Source: Planctomycetota bacterium
GTDB taxonomy: Bacteria; Planctomycetota; UBA1135; UBA2386
Reading direction: 5' to 3'
Assembly: GCA_965228735.1 (NCBI GenBank)
Contig: OZ245838.1
Location: 3,360,001 to 3,424,000 of the forward strand
DNA length: 64,000 bases
This document shows positions 39,539 through 49,013 of this stretch, piece by piece (the first letter of the stretch is position 1; each line of letters opens with the position of its first letter). The notes beneath the pieces were generated by a model that saw only the letters and a list, made by a program, of their open reading frames with translations, did not search any database and was not told the DNA's origin. Position numbers and translations under genes: made by a program.

Positions 39539-40241
39539 GGAAGTCGTACTCGCTGCGGGGCGCCGCGCCGGCATCGTCACCGGCACCGGCCGCGCCAGCC
39601 GCGCCCGTGGCGTATCGCGCGACGAGGGCCCGCGCCAGTTCTTCCTCGTCGCAGTGCGCCTCGACGTCCGCGGGCGCCGTCTGCCACTGCTCGAGCACAC
39701 CGTAGACCGCACCCGCGAGCACGAACGCGGCCGCCGCCGGATCGGCGCAGAACAGCGTCCCGTCGCGCCCACCCTCGACGAGCAGATCGCGCAGCCGACC
39801 GCGCAGCCAGCGCTGCTCCTGCCGCGGGTCGTCGCGCAGCCGCGCCGTGAACCGCCCGCGCAGTTCGGTCGCGAGCACGCGCAGCAGCTGGGTGGCCTCG
39901 CGTTCGCGGAAGTGGAAGCCGAGGTAGCTGCTGAGGAACTGTCGCAGCGCGGCGCGGGCGCTCGGGTCCGCGCCGGCTCCGGGGCTGGCTCCGGAACTGG
40001 CTCGTTGGGCCGCGGCGAGCGGCAGCTGCAGCCGCCGGCGCCGCTGCTCGCGCCAGTGGTCGATCACCGCGAAGAACAGGTCCTCCTTGCCCGCGAAGTG
40101 GAAGTAGACGCCGCCCTTCGTGACGCCCGCGCGCCGCGCGATCACGTCGAGCCGCGCGCCGCTGTAGCCCGCCGCCGCGAACTCCACGGTCGCCGCAGCG
40201 ATCAGGCGGTCGCGCAGCTCGGGGTCCTGCAGGCGCGGCAT
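39522..40241 (-). CDS. TetR/AcrR family transcriptional regulator
   Basis: LIAAATVEFAAAGY....IARRAGVTKGGVYFHFAGKEDLF. Confidence 0.93.
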   Translation of the reverse strand: MPRLQDPELRDRLIAAATVEFAAAGYSGARLDVIARRAGVTKGGVYFHFAGKEDLFFAVIDHWREQRRRRLQLPLAAAQRASSGASPGAGADPSARAALRQFLSSYLGFHFREREATQLLRVLATELRGRFTARLRDDPRQEQRWLRGRLRDLLVEGGRDGTLFCADPAAAAFVLAGAVYGVLEQWQTAPADVEAHCDEEELARALVARYATGAAGAAGAGDDAGAAPRSEYDFRDRSV

Positions 40242-40259
40242 CGTTCGGACCTCGGCCGC

Positions 40260-41903
40260 CTACCTCGGCAGGTAGAAGTTCTCGCGCTCGTACTTCGGCA
40301 GGTAGAAGTCGACGAGGAACGGGTTCCACGCGCGCTCTTCCTGCGCGAACTGATCCATGTCCATGTAGACGACCGCGAGGTCCATCGTCTGCTCCTCCTG
40401 CAGATCGACGGGCTGCACGCGCAGGCCGCTGCGCTCCTCGTAGGGTACGAGCGGCACGATCTTGCCGTCCTCGCCGTCGTCCATGCGCAAGACGATCGCC
40501 CGCGCGCGCCGCATCACGTAGACGCGGTTCTCCTCGTTGCGCTTCATGATCGCCGCGAGGTGGATCGAGAACACTTCCGACGTCGTCGTCAGCGCCGACA
40601 TGAACTCGGACTTGAACTCCGGATCCGGCAGGTTTTCGAAGTCCTCGACCTGCTCGAGGTCGGCGACGGTCTCGAAGACCTTGTACTTCTGCTCGTCGCC
40701 GAGCCGCATGTCACCGAAGTCGTTGATGTCGGTCGTCGTGCCGTCCTCGAACTCGGCCTCCATCGCCTCTTCGTCGACCTCGTTGCGGTAGCGCAGGATC
40801 GAACGCAGCACGCGGTCCGGCATCTTGTCGCGCGGGAACAGCGCGCGCAGCACCGGATAGGTCGCGGTGTTGATGTTGATGCGGATGCCCTCGCCATACG
40901 GCTCGGTGGGCATGCGCGACTGACCTTCGCCGCCTTCGCCGCCGCTGCCCTCCGCGTTCTGCGAACCGGGCGCGCCCTCGCCGCCCTCCTCACCCCCGGC
41001 CGCGATCTCAGGCGGCGTCTCGCCGCGCGCCTGCGCTTCGAGCCGTTGCCGTTCGACCTTCTCCGGATCGCCGGGATCGACGCCGAGCGAGGTCCAGATC
41101 GTCAGCACCGACTCGAGACCGAGGTAGACCTTGCCGTCGAGGACGAAGTCGTAGAACAGCTCCTCCGTGACCGTCGGCAGGATGAGCAGCTCGTCGAGGT
41201 GCAGCGGGATCGAGATCCCGGCCTGCGTCGGGTCGTCGGTCTTGAGGCGCGGGCGCGGCAGCATCTCGGTGTCCTGCCGGTTCACCCAGTCGGTGAGCTC
41301 GGTCACGATGAGCTGCGCGTCGCTGCTCGAGATGTCGAACTGCGTGTCCTCGCGCAACACGTCGATGAGTCGCACGAGCCGATCGCGCGAGAACTCGGCG
41401 AACTCCTCGTCCGGACTCCACAGCGCGAGGATGTTGAACTTGCGGTTCTCGTCCTCGACCCACGTGTAGGTCGTGATGTCGTTGTCCGCGGCGCCGATCG
41501 GGTTGTACCAGGCGTCGCGGCTGCAGTCGCAGACACTCGCCGGGTCCGGCGGTTCTTCCTCTTCGCCGCCCTCGCCTCCGAGGCCGCCTTCGCCGCCCTC
41601 GCCGCCCTCGCCGCCGGGCAGCCCGCCGCCCTCGCCACCCATGCCGAGTCCGCCGCCACCGCCTTCCTCGGACGCCGCCGCGCCCTGCATGTCCGTCAGC
41701 AGCTGGTCCTGCGCCTCGACGAGCTGATAGCGCATCTGGTTGCGCATGCGCGCGAGCAGCGCGTCGTTCTCGCCGGTCGCGCGGATCATGCGGCCCGTCA
41801 CGACGAGCTCCGCCACGAGGATGTAGAGCAGGATCGCGAAGATCAGCGTGAGCACGAGGGCGACCCCGCGCTCGTTCTCGGGCCAGTGGGAGCGGTCTCT
41901 CAT
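40260..41903 (-). CDS. gspK: Type II secretion minor pseudopilin GspK-like
   Basis: Class III signal ERG|VALVLTL; DENRKFNI, DW(V), LDELL, ININTA..VL.AL, S.VF motifs; G/E-rich insertions. Confidence 0.8.
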   Translation of the reverse strand: MRDRSHWPENERGVALVLTLIFAILLYILVAELVVTGRMIRATGENDALLARMRNQMRYQLVEAQDQLLTDMQGAAASEEGGGGGLGMGGEGGGLPGGEGGEGGEGGLGGEGGEEEEPPDPASVCDCSRDAWYNPIGAADNDITTYTWVEDENRKFNILALWSPDEEFAEFSRDRLVRLIDVLREDTQFDISSSDAQLIVTELTDWVNRQDTEMLPRPRLKTDDPTQAGISIPLHLDELLILPTVTEELFYDFVLDGKVYLGLESVLTIWTSLGVDPGDPEKVERQRLEAQARGETPPEIAAGGEEGGEGAPGSQNAEGSGGEGGEGQSRMPTEPYGEGIRININTATYPVLRALFPRDKMPDRVLRSILRYRNEVDEEAMEAEFEDGTTTDINDFGDMRLGDEQKYKVFETVADLEQVEDFENLPDPEFKSEFMSALTTTSEVFSIHLAAIMKRNEENRVYVMRRARAIVLRMDDGEDGKIVPLVPYEERSGLRVQPVDLQEEQTMDLAVVYMDMDQFAQEERAWNPFLVDFYLPKYERENFYLPR

Positions 41904-41930
41904 CGGGTCTTGGACGAGCAGTCTACCGCC

Positions 41931-43061
41931 TTATTCCGCCCGCGTCGGGCCCGAATCGACCCCGCAAAGCTGCCCGAGCAGGGTCGCGATCCGGCCAGCG
42001 GCGTGGCCGTCGCCGTAGGGGTTCTCCGCCCGCGCCATCGCCGCGCGGGCGCCCGGATCGTCGAGCAGGGCGCCAGCCTCGCGCACGATGGCCGCCGAGT
42101 CGACCCCCACGAGCCGGGCGACGCCGGCCTCGATGCCCTCGGGCCGTTCGGTCTCGTCCCGCAGCACCAGCACGGGGACGCCGAAGCTCGGCGCCTCCTC
42201 CTGGATCCCGCCGCTGTCCGTGAGGATCAGGCTCGCGTCCGTCATCGCCGCGACCGTCGTCGGGTAGTCGAACGGCTCCGCGAGGCGAACGCGTGGATGA
42301 TCCGCGAGCACGGCCTGGGCCACGCGCTGCACGTTGGGGTTGGGATGCACCGGGAACAGCAGTTCGACATCGTCGCGATCGGCGAGCGCGCGCAGCCCCG
42401 AGCAAAGCGACTCGAACGGCGCACCGAAGTGTTCGCGCCGGTGGGCCGTGACGAACACGAGATGCCGGCCCGGCGCGGGCCGGAACCGGCCGCCGGACAC
42501 CCTCGCCCGCGTCTGTTCGAGCGCGTCGACGACCGGGTTGCCCGTGACGTGCACGCGCCCACCCGGCACGCCCTCGCGCAGGAGGCTCATGCGCGCGCGG
42601 TCGGTCGGCGCGAAGTGGATCGCCGCGAGGCGCGCGACCATCGCGCGGTTGGCCTCCTCCGGGAACGGCCGCTCGGGGTTGCCGGTCCGGAGCCCCGCCT
42701 CGACGTGCGCGAACGGGATGCGGCGGTAGAACGCCGCGAGCGCCGCGGTGAACACCGTCGTCGTGTCGCCCTGCGCGACGACGACCGCGGGCCGCTCGTG
42801 CACCAGTGCTGCGTCGAACCGTTCGAGCAGCCGCGCCGTGAGCCCGCTGAGCTGCTGGTCCGGCTGCATCACGTCGAGATCGCGATCGGGCGCGATGTCG
42901 AAGAAGCCGAGCGCCTGGTCGAGCAGTTCGCGGTGCTGCGCGGTCGCGAGCACGCGGCAATCCGCCCAGTCGCTCCGCCGCAGCGCCTGGATGACGGGCG
43001 CCATCTTGACCGCCTCGGCGCGCGTGCCGACGACGGTCAGGACGCGGACCGGGCTCACCAC
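41931..43061 (-). CDS. wecB: UDP-N-acetylglucosamine 2-epimerase (non-hydrolysing)
   Basis: GTRAEAVKMAP, QHRE, QGDTTT, HVEAGLR, PFPEEANR, TAHRRE, TDSGGIQEE, TERPE, NPYGDG. Confidence 0.95.
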   Translation of the reverse strand: MVSPVRVLTVVGTRAEAVKMAPVIQALRRSDWADCRVLATAQHRELLDQALGFFDIAPDRDLDVMQPDQQLSGLTARLLERFDAALVHERPAVVVAQGDTTTVFTAALAAFYRRIPFAHVEAGLRTGNPERPFPEEANRAMVARLAAIHFAPTDRARMSLLREGVPGGRVHVTGNPVVDALEQTRARVSGGRFRPAPGRHLVFVTAHRREHFGAPFESLCSGLRALADRDDVELLFPVHPNPNVQRVAQAVLADHPRVRLAEPFDYPTTVAAMTDASLILTDSGGIQEEAPSFGVPVLVLRDETERPEGIEAGVARLVGVDSAAIVREAGALLDDPGARAAMARAENPYGDGHAAGRIATLLGQLCGVDSGPTRAE

Positions 43062-44590
43062 GCCGAATCGCCGGTCGGATCACCCCGGTCGGTGACGATG
43101 CGCGGCGTGATGTAGAACTCGACCGTGGTCTTGTTGCTCTGGGTCGAGGTCGAACGGAACAGGAAGCCGAGGATCGGGATGTCGCCGAGCAGCGGCACCT
43201 TGGTCTCGCTCTCGAACGTCGTCTCGGACTGCAGCCCGCCGATCACCAGCGTGTGGTTGTTCTTCAGGTAGACCGTCGTCACGGCCGTGCGATTGCTCGT
43301 GATCGGCGTCACGACCGGATCGGTGTTCGCAAAGCCCGTGATCGCGGACACGTCGGCGTAGACCTGCAGGATGACCGAGTCGGTGCCGGCGATCGTCGGC
43401 ACGATGTTCATCTTCACGCCGACCGGCTTGAACGAGATGTCGGTCGCGACGTTGGAGCCGAGCTGGTTGATCTTGGCCTTCGGAAACGGCACGTCCGTGA
43501 ACGTCGCGATCGACGCCACGCCGCCGTTGCGCACGACGAGCTTCGGCGAGTTCTGGATGTCCGCGATGTTGTTGGCCTCGAGCGCCTCGAGGACCATGTT
43601 GAGCTCCCAGCTGTCGTGGATGCCGCCGAGCTGAAAGAGCCCGATGTCGGTCACGGGGGTCGCGCCGACGATCGGCTGGCTCAGCGGGAAGATCGACGTG
43701 AACGAGCGCACGAGCTGGCCGCTCGACAGGTTGCTCAAGACCGGCGTGTTGCTGTCGATCGCGGTCACGCCGAACGCGAGCGCGTCGGCGACGCTGTACT
43801 CGACGACCTGCACCGTGATCTCGATCTGCGGGATGCTGCCGTAGAACAGGTCGAGCGCGGCCTCGAACGCGTTGAGCGCCGACGGCTGCGCCGTGATGAT
43901 CGCGAGCGACACGGTCGGCCCGGCCGTCGGCGGCGCCAACGCCGTGCTCATGATCGCCGTGCCCTTCGGCGGGTCGACGATCTTGGCGCCACCGAGCACC
44001 TCGAAGTCCTGCACGTAGGTGACCTCGATCTCGTGCTCGCGCAGCATCCGCCCGAGCACGCTCGTGCCCTCGGCCCCGCCGATCTTGGTCCCGGCAGGCG
44101 GCGGCGTAGTAGCCGGGGCGACCGGCTTGCCGGGCTCGATCTTGGTGATGAGCTTGAGGAACGTCGTCGCGAGGTCGCCCGCGAGGAAGTACTGCTTCGT
44201 GACGGTGCCGTCGGTGTTGACGAGCACGCTGCTGCCGAACTCGGTGCGCAGCCGGGCGGCGCGCTGTTCCTGACTCTCGTCCTGCGGGTCCTGGGGCGCG
44301 AAGCGCGAACGCCCCGCCGTATTCTCGTTTGCAGGATCGGCAGCGGGGTTGCCAGCTCCGGGGCCGCGGGTGCCGGTCGCGTCCGCGGCGGTGGCCCCGG
44401 CGCCGGCCAGCCCCCATGCCAGCGGACCGGCGGACTCACCCCCGAGGGCCGCCCGTTCCTCGACCGCGAACTGGACGTCGAGCGGGTTGACCCGCTTCTT
44501 GCCCGCGCTGACACAACCAGCGGTCAGCTGGAGGGCTGACAGGGAGACCAGGAGCAGCAGCGCGCGCGTCGGCACGACCGGGATTGTCAT
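43055..44590 (-). CDS. Secretin (GspD/PilQ family), lipoprotein
   Basis: Lipobox LTAGC; PQIEI...VE, L.ALE, P.LVV.NG..A.I, GVK.NI.P, TLVIGGL, KVPLLGDIPILGFLFRS, ITP.IV. Confidence 0.92.
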   Translation of the reverse strand: MTIPVVPTRALLLLVSLSALQLTAGCVSAGKKRVNPLDVQFAVEERAALGGESAGPLAWGLAGAGATAADATGTRGPGAGNPAADPANENTAGRSRFAPQDPQDESQEQRAARLRTEFGSSVLVNTDGTVTKQYFLAGDLATTFLKLITKIEPGKPVAPATTPPPAGTKIGGAEGTSVLGRMLREHEIEVTYVQDFEVLGGAKIVDPPKGTAIMSTALAPPTAGPTVSLAIITAQPSALNAFEAALDLFYGSIPQIEITVQVVEYSVADALAFGVTAIDSNTPVLSNLSSGQLVRSFTSIFPLSQPIVGATPVTDIGLFQLGGIHDSWELNMVLEALEANNIADIQNSPKLVVRNGGVASIATFTDVPFPKAKINQLGSNVATDISFKPVGVKMNIVPTIAGTDSVILQVYADVSAITGFANTDPVVTPITSNRTAVTTVYLKNNHTLVIGGLQSETTFESETKVPLLGDIPILGFLFRSTSTQSNKTTVEFYITPRIVTDRGDPTGDSAW

Positions 44591-44624
44591 TCAGAAGTCG
44601 GGCGAGCGCGAGCGTTTGTCGCCG

Positions 44625-45011
44625 CTACTCTTCGATCTTCTCGATGACCTTGTCGGTCAGGTCCGCGACGTCGCGACCCTGCTTGTCCGAGATATCGTCT
44701 TTCCTAACGACGAGATCCCGGCTCTCGTCGGTCGCGATCTCCTTGACCGCGGCTCGGATCCGCTTGTTCATCTTGCGGACGAGTTGCTTGCCGCGCGCAG
44801 AATCCACGTCGATGGACTCGGCTTCGATCGTCTTCCACTCCTCCGTGACCTCTTTGACCTTGTCGAGGTCGATCACGGCGGGGGCACTCGTATTGGAAGA
44901 GCTCCCGAAGTAGACGACGGCCCCTCGCTTGAGGGTGACCTGAGCCGTCGCGGTGCACGCCAGCAGGGCCATCACGACCAGGGTGAGGATCTTGTTGGTG
45001 CAGGACTTCAT
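44625..45011 (-). CDS. Small secreted protein resembling a shortened OmpH/Skp chaperone
   Basis: Signal TAQ; AVIDLDKV at the N-terminus, IRAAVKEIA....DLVV.K....DLTDKVI at the C-terminus. Confidence 0.55.
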   Translation of the reverse strand: MKSCTNKILTLVVMALLACTATAQVTLKRGAVVYFGSSSNTSAPAVIDLDKVKEVTEEWKTIEAESIDVDSARGKQLVRKMNKRIRAAVKEIATDESRDLVVRKDDISDKQGRDVADLTDKVIEKIEE

Positions 45012-45719
45012 GGTGTTGCTCGGAAAGTCTGGCCGTTCGCCTATCGGCCAGACGTAGATCGCTAGTGTAGAGAAGTGCAGCAAACACGATGGCAAGGTTC
45101 TTGCCTACCGTCAGCCCGTCTGTGGATGTGATCTTTTTTCCACAGACCGAATGGGCTCGTGAGGGGACCTGAGAGAACAACGTGCTCGGAACCACGAACG
45201 GGCGACCAAAGCGGTCCCGAGGACGCTGAACCCGGGTGCCAGTCCTCGGCAAGGCGTCAGCTGCCTTGGCAAGGGGACACGCGGGTCAAAGTCCCAAGCG
45301 CGTTATTCGCCAGAAGCACGCAGACTTCTTCGAATTCTCGCGGCCGTAGGCTCGCGGCCTCTCGGCGAACGATCGAGCAAGTCCTTTGACTGCATCGCGT
45401 TGAGTCGACGGGCGCACGTTCGCACGAAGCCGCGTTCGCGGTCTCGTTACATTCGGACGGCAACGAACACCCGGTACTCGCCCACGACGACGGAGCCATG
45501 GGCTGCGGCCCTCGCGCATCGCGGCAGCCCGCATCGACGTTGGCGCCGGGTGCGCGCGCTCGAGCTCGTTCGCGACGAGTCGCAAATCGAGATCGGTGAC
45601 AGGTCGACGCCGCACCCCGAACGGGGGTGCCGATCGTCGGGCTCGCCGGTCATCGGGCGCGCCGGTCGTGGGGCGCGCCAGTCGTAGGGTGGGACGCGGC
45701 AGCGCTGCCGCTGCCCCAC

Positions 45720-48700
45720 TCAGCGCCGCGTGCGGCGGCGGCGGCGCGCCGGGCGTTCGCCCTCGTCGCCGAGCAGGCTGTCGATCGACTCGAGCTCGCC
45801 GACCCCTTCGCCGCTGTCGGCGAACGGGCGCGGCGCCTCGTCCTCGTCGAAGTCGGCCATCGGCATCTCACGCTCGGCGCCGCCGCGGCTGCGGCGGCCG
45901 CGCGGCCGATCGTCGCCCTCGTCGTCACGCCGGCTGCGGCCACGGCCGCCACTGCGGCCCCGACGACCGTCGCGCGCGGCGTCGTCGTCGTCATCGCGAC
46001 GCGGCGCGCGGCGCGGCTCGTCGTCGTCGTCGCGGCGCGGGCTGCGGCGGGCACCGCGGCCACGGCCGCGATCCGCATCGTCGCGACCCCGCGGCTCCTC
46101 GTCGGCATCGTCGCGGCCGCCGCGGCGCGGCCGGCGCGTCGGCCGGTCCTCGAAGTCGTCCTGGCCGTCGTCGCGGCCACGGCCACGATCGCGGTCGCGG
46201 TCGCTCCGACCACCACGCCCGCGCGGCGCCTCGTCCGCGAAGTCGTCCTCGGCGTCCCGACCGCCCCGACTGCGGCCGCCGCGGCCGCGGCCACGATCCT
46301 CGCGGTCGTCGCGCTCCTCGCGCTCCTCACGACCACGAAGCGGGCGCCGGCCCTCGGGCCGATCGTCCCGGTCCTCGCGGTCGTCGCGGTCCCGGCCGCG
46401 CCCGCGGCCACGATCGCCACGACCACGCGGCCGCTCCTCGGCGTCCCCGCTCTCCTCGTAGCGCTCGTCACGGCGACCCGGACGTCCGCGCGCGGACCGA
46501 TCGTCCTCGCCCGCGTCGTCCGCCGGCCGGTGGCCACGACGCGGCCGATCCTCGAACGAATCGCGGTCAACGCGGCCACGGCCACCGCGATCCCGGTCAC
46601 CGCGGTCGCGATCGCCCCGATCCCGGTCACCCCGATCCCGGTCGCCCCGCTCACCACGACGACCGCGGTCCCCGCGATCCTCGCGATCACCGCGCTCCCG
46701 CCGCCCGCGCGGCCGGTCGTCGCCGTCACCATCCGGCGCGGCGTCCGCACCTTCGAGCAGCGCCTTGCGGCTGAGCTTGACCTTGCCGAAGTCGTCGATC
46801 GCGATGACCTTGACCTTGACCTTGTCACCGATGCGCACGACGTCCGTGACGGCCTTGATGAACTCGTTGCTGAGCTCGGAGACGTGCACGAGGCCTTCCT
46901 GACCCGGCAGGATCTCGACGAACGCGCCGAACTCCTTGATCGCCGTGACCGTGCCCTCGTAGACCGTGCCGAGTTCGACCTCGGCCGTCATCTGCGAGAT
47001 GTACTCGACGCACTGATCGACCTTCTCGCCGACGACGCCCGTGACCGTGCACAGGCCGCTGTCCTCGATCGAGATCTTGCACTCGTAGGTCTCCTGCAGC
47101 ATCCGGATGTTCTTGCCACCCGGGCCGATGATCGTGCCGATCTTGTCGGCCGGCACCTGCACGGAGACGAGTCGCGGCGCGTTCGAGCTCAGCTTCTCCC
47201 GCGGCTGCTTCAGCACCTTGAGCATCTCGCGCAGGATGTGCACGCGGCCGACGCGGGCCTGCTCGAGCGCTTCGGCGAGGATCTCACGCGTGAGGCCCTC
47301 GCACTTGATGTCCATCTGCAGCGCGGTGATGCCGCGGCCGGTGCCGACGACCTTGAAGTCCATGTCGCCGCACGCGTCCTCGCTGCCGAGGATGTCGGAC
47401 AGGATCGCGTAGTCCTTGCCCTCCATGACCAGGCCCATCGCGATGCCGGCGACCGGCTGCTTGATCGGCACACCGGCGTCCATCATCGCGAGCGTGCCGG
47501 CACACGCGGTCGCCATCGACGAACTGCCGTTCGACTCGAGCACCTCGCTCGTCACGCGGATCGTGTAGGGGAACTCCTCCAGCGCCGGCAGCACCGGCTC
47601 GAGACCGCGCTCGGCGAGCGCGCCGTGACCGATCTCGCGGCGACCCGGCGCGAGCATGCGCTTGGTCTCGCCCACGGAGAACGGCGGGAACGCGTAGTGC
47701 AGCAGGAAGCGCTTGCGCGGCTCCGGCATCAGCCCGTCGATGATCTGCTGATCGTCCGTGCCGCCGAGCGTGACGACACCGAGCGCCTGCGTCTCACCGC
47801 GCGTGAACAGCGTCGAGCCGTGCGTGCGCGGCAGCACCCCGACCTCGATCGTGATCGGACGGATCGTCTTCGGGTCGCGACCGTCGGCGCGCGTCGCGTT
47901 GTCGAGGATCGAGTCGCGCTCGGCCTGCTTGACCAGCTTGCCGATGATCTCGGAGACCGCCTTGTCGTGCGCCTTCTGCTCGGCCTCGCTGAGCTTGCTG
48001 TCCGCGGGGAACGCGGCCTTGGCCTCGTCCTTCGCGGCCTTGATCGCGGCCTGGCGCACCTGCTTCGGGCCCTCGGTCACCGGGGCCGCGCGCAGCGCCT
48101 TGCCGCACTTCTTCTCGATCGCCTTCTGGAGCTTGGTGTCGACCGTCGGCACCGTGTACTCCATCTCGGGCTTGCCGGCCTGCTCGACGAGCTCCTCGAT
48201 CATGTCGACGATCTCGCGGATGACCCCGTGCGCGAGCTCGAGCGCGTCGAGCACCTCGGCCTCGCTGACCTCGTTCGCGCCGGCCTCGACCATCGCGATC
48301 GCGTCCTCGTGACCGGCGACCGTCAGGTTGAGCTTGTTGCCCTCGTCGTGCAGCTGCGTCCACGTCGGGTTGACGATCAGCTCGTCCCCGATCATGCCGA
48401 TGCGCACCATGCCGAGCGTGCGGCCGTGCGGCAGCGAGCTCAGCGCGAGCGCGGCGAACGACGCGACGCCGGCGAGCACGTCACCGTCGTTCTCGCGGTC
48501 CGACGAGATCACCTGCGACAGCACCTGCACGTCGCGCTTGAAGCCGTCCGGGAACATCGGGCGGATCGAGCGGTCGATGATGCGGCACGCGAGGATCTCC
48601 TTCGTCGTCGGCCGGCCTTCACGCTTGAAGAAGCCGCCGGGGATCATGCCCGCGGCCGCGGTCTTCTCGCGGTAGTCGACGGTCAGCGGGAAGAAGTCGA

Positions 48701-49013
48701 AGCCGTCGGGGGCCTTGTTGCTGTTGACCGCGGCGAGCACCATCGTGTCGCCGTAGCGCGCGACGACGGCGCCGTCGCTGAGCTTCATCATGCGGCCGGT
48801 CTCGAGCCGCAGCGTGCGGCCCGCGATCTCGCGCTCGACGACGACCATGTCGGGGTAGAGGTCCGACGCGGCGCTGACGCTCTTCGTCTTCTTGGTCGCT
48901 TTCTTGGTGGCCTTCTTCGTGGCCTTCTTGGCGCCGGCGGCCTTCTTCGTGGCCTTCTTGCGCGGCGCGCGGGTGGAGGTGGAGGAGGATGCAGCCTTCT
49001 TCTTGGTTGCCAT
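45720..49013 (-). CDS. pnp: Polyribonucleotide nucleotidyltransferase (PNPase) with K/A-rich N-tail and ~350 aa R/G/D/E C-tail
   Basis: DFFPLTVDYRE, GGFFKREGRP, RADGR, RREIGHG, ESNGSSSMA, GDMDFKV, KH (IIGPGGK), S1; 1097 aa from ATG 49013. Confidence 0.97.
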   Translation of the reverse strand: MATKKKAASSSTSTRAPRKKATKKAAGAKKATKKATKKATKKTKSVSAASDLYPDMVVVEREIAGRTLRLETGRMMKLSDGAVVARYGDTMVLAAVNSNKAPDGFDFFPLTVDYREKTAAAGMIPGGFFKREGRPTTKEILACRIIDRSIRPMFPDGFKRDVQVLSQVISSDRENDGDVLAGVASFAALALSSLPHGRTLGMVRIGMIGDELIVNPTWTQLHDEGNKLNLTVAGHEDAIAMVEAGANEVSEAEVLDALELAHGVIREIVDMIEELVEQAGKPEMEYTVPTVDTKLQKAIEKKCGKALRAAPVTEGPKQVRQAAIKAAKDEAKAAFPADSKLSEAEQKAHDKAVSEIIGKLVKQAERDSILDNATRADGRDPKTIRPITIEVGVLPRTHGSTLFTRGETQALGVVTLGGTDDQQIIDGLMPEPRKRFLLHYAFPPFSVGETKRMLAPGRREIGHGALAERGLEPVLPALEEFPYTIRVTSEVLESNGSSSMATACAGTLAMMDAGVPIKQPVAGIAMGLVMEGKDYAILSDILGSEDACGDMDFKVVGTGRGITALQMDIKCEGLTREILAEALEQARVGRVHILREMLKVLKQPREKLSSNAPRLVSVQVPADKIGTIIGPGGKNIRMLQETYECKISIEDSGLCTVTGVVGEKVDQCVEYISQMTAEVELGTVYEGTVTAIKEFGAFVEILPGQEGLVHVSELSNEFIKAVTDVVRIGDKVKVKVIAIDDFGKVKLSRKALLEGADAAPDGDGDDRPRGRRERGDREDRGDRGRRGERGDRDRGDRDRGDRDRGDRDRGGRGRVDRDSFEDRPRRGHRPADDAGEDDRSARGRPGRRDERYEESGDAEERPRGRGDRGRGRGRDRDDREDRDDRPEGRRPLRGREEREERDDREDRGRGRGGRSRGGRDAEDDFADEAPRGRGGRSDRDRDRGRGRDDGQDDFEDRPTRRPRRGGRDDADEEPRGRDDADRGRGRGARRSPRRDDDDEPRRAPRRDDDDDAARDGRRGRSGGRGRSRRDDEGDDRPRGRRSRGGAEREMPMADFDEDEAPRPFADSGEGVGELESIDSLLGDEGERPARRRRRTRR

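Noticed and set aside
39294..43115. 1273-aa plus-strand ORF
   Set aside because: Antisense shadow of tetR, gspK and wecB
45118..45147. Replication origin
   Set aside because: Only one consensus DnaA box and one weak one; no extended AT-rich unwinding element; no dnaA/dnaN nearby
45226..45241. Sigma-54 promoter on the minus strand (TGGCAC-N5-TTCA)
   Set aside because: The -12 element lacks the required GC dinucleotide
45286..45719. Small ORFs between the Skp-like gene and pnp
   Set aside because: Arg/Pro-rich, no SD or motifs, and overlapping GC hairpins that fit a pnp 3' region better
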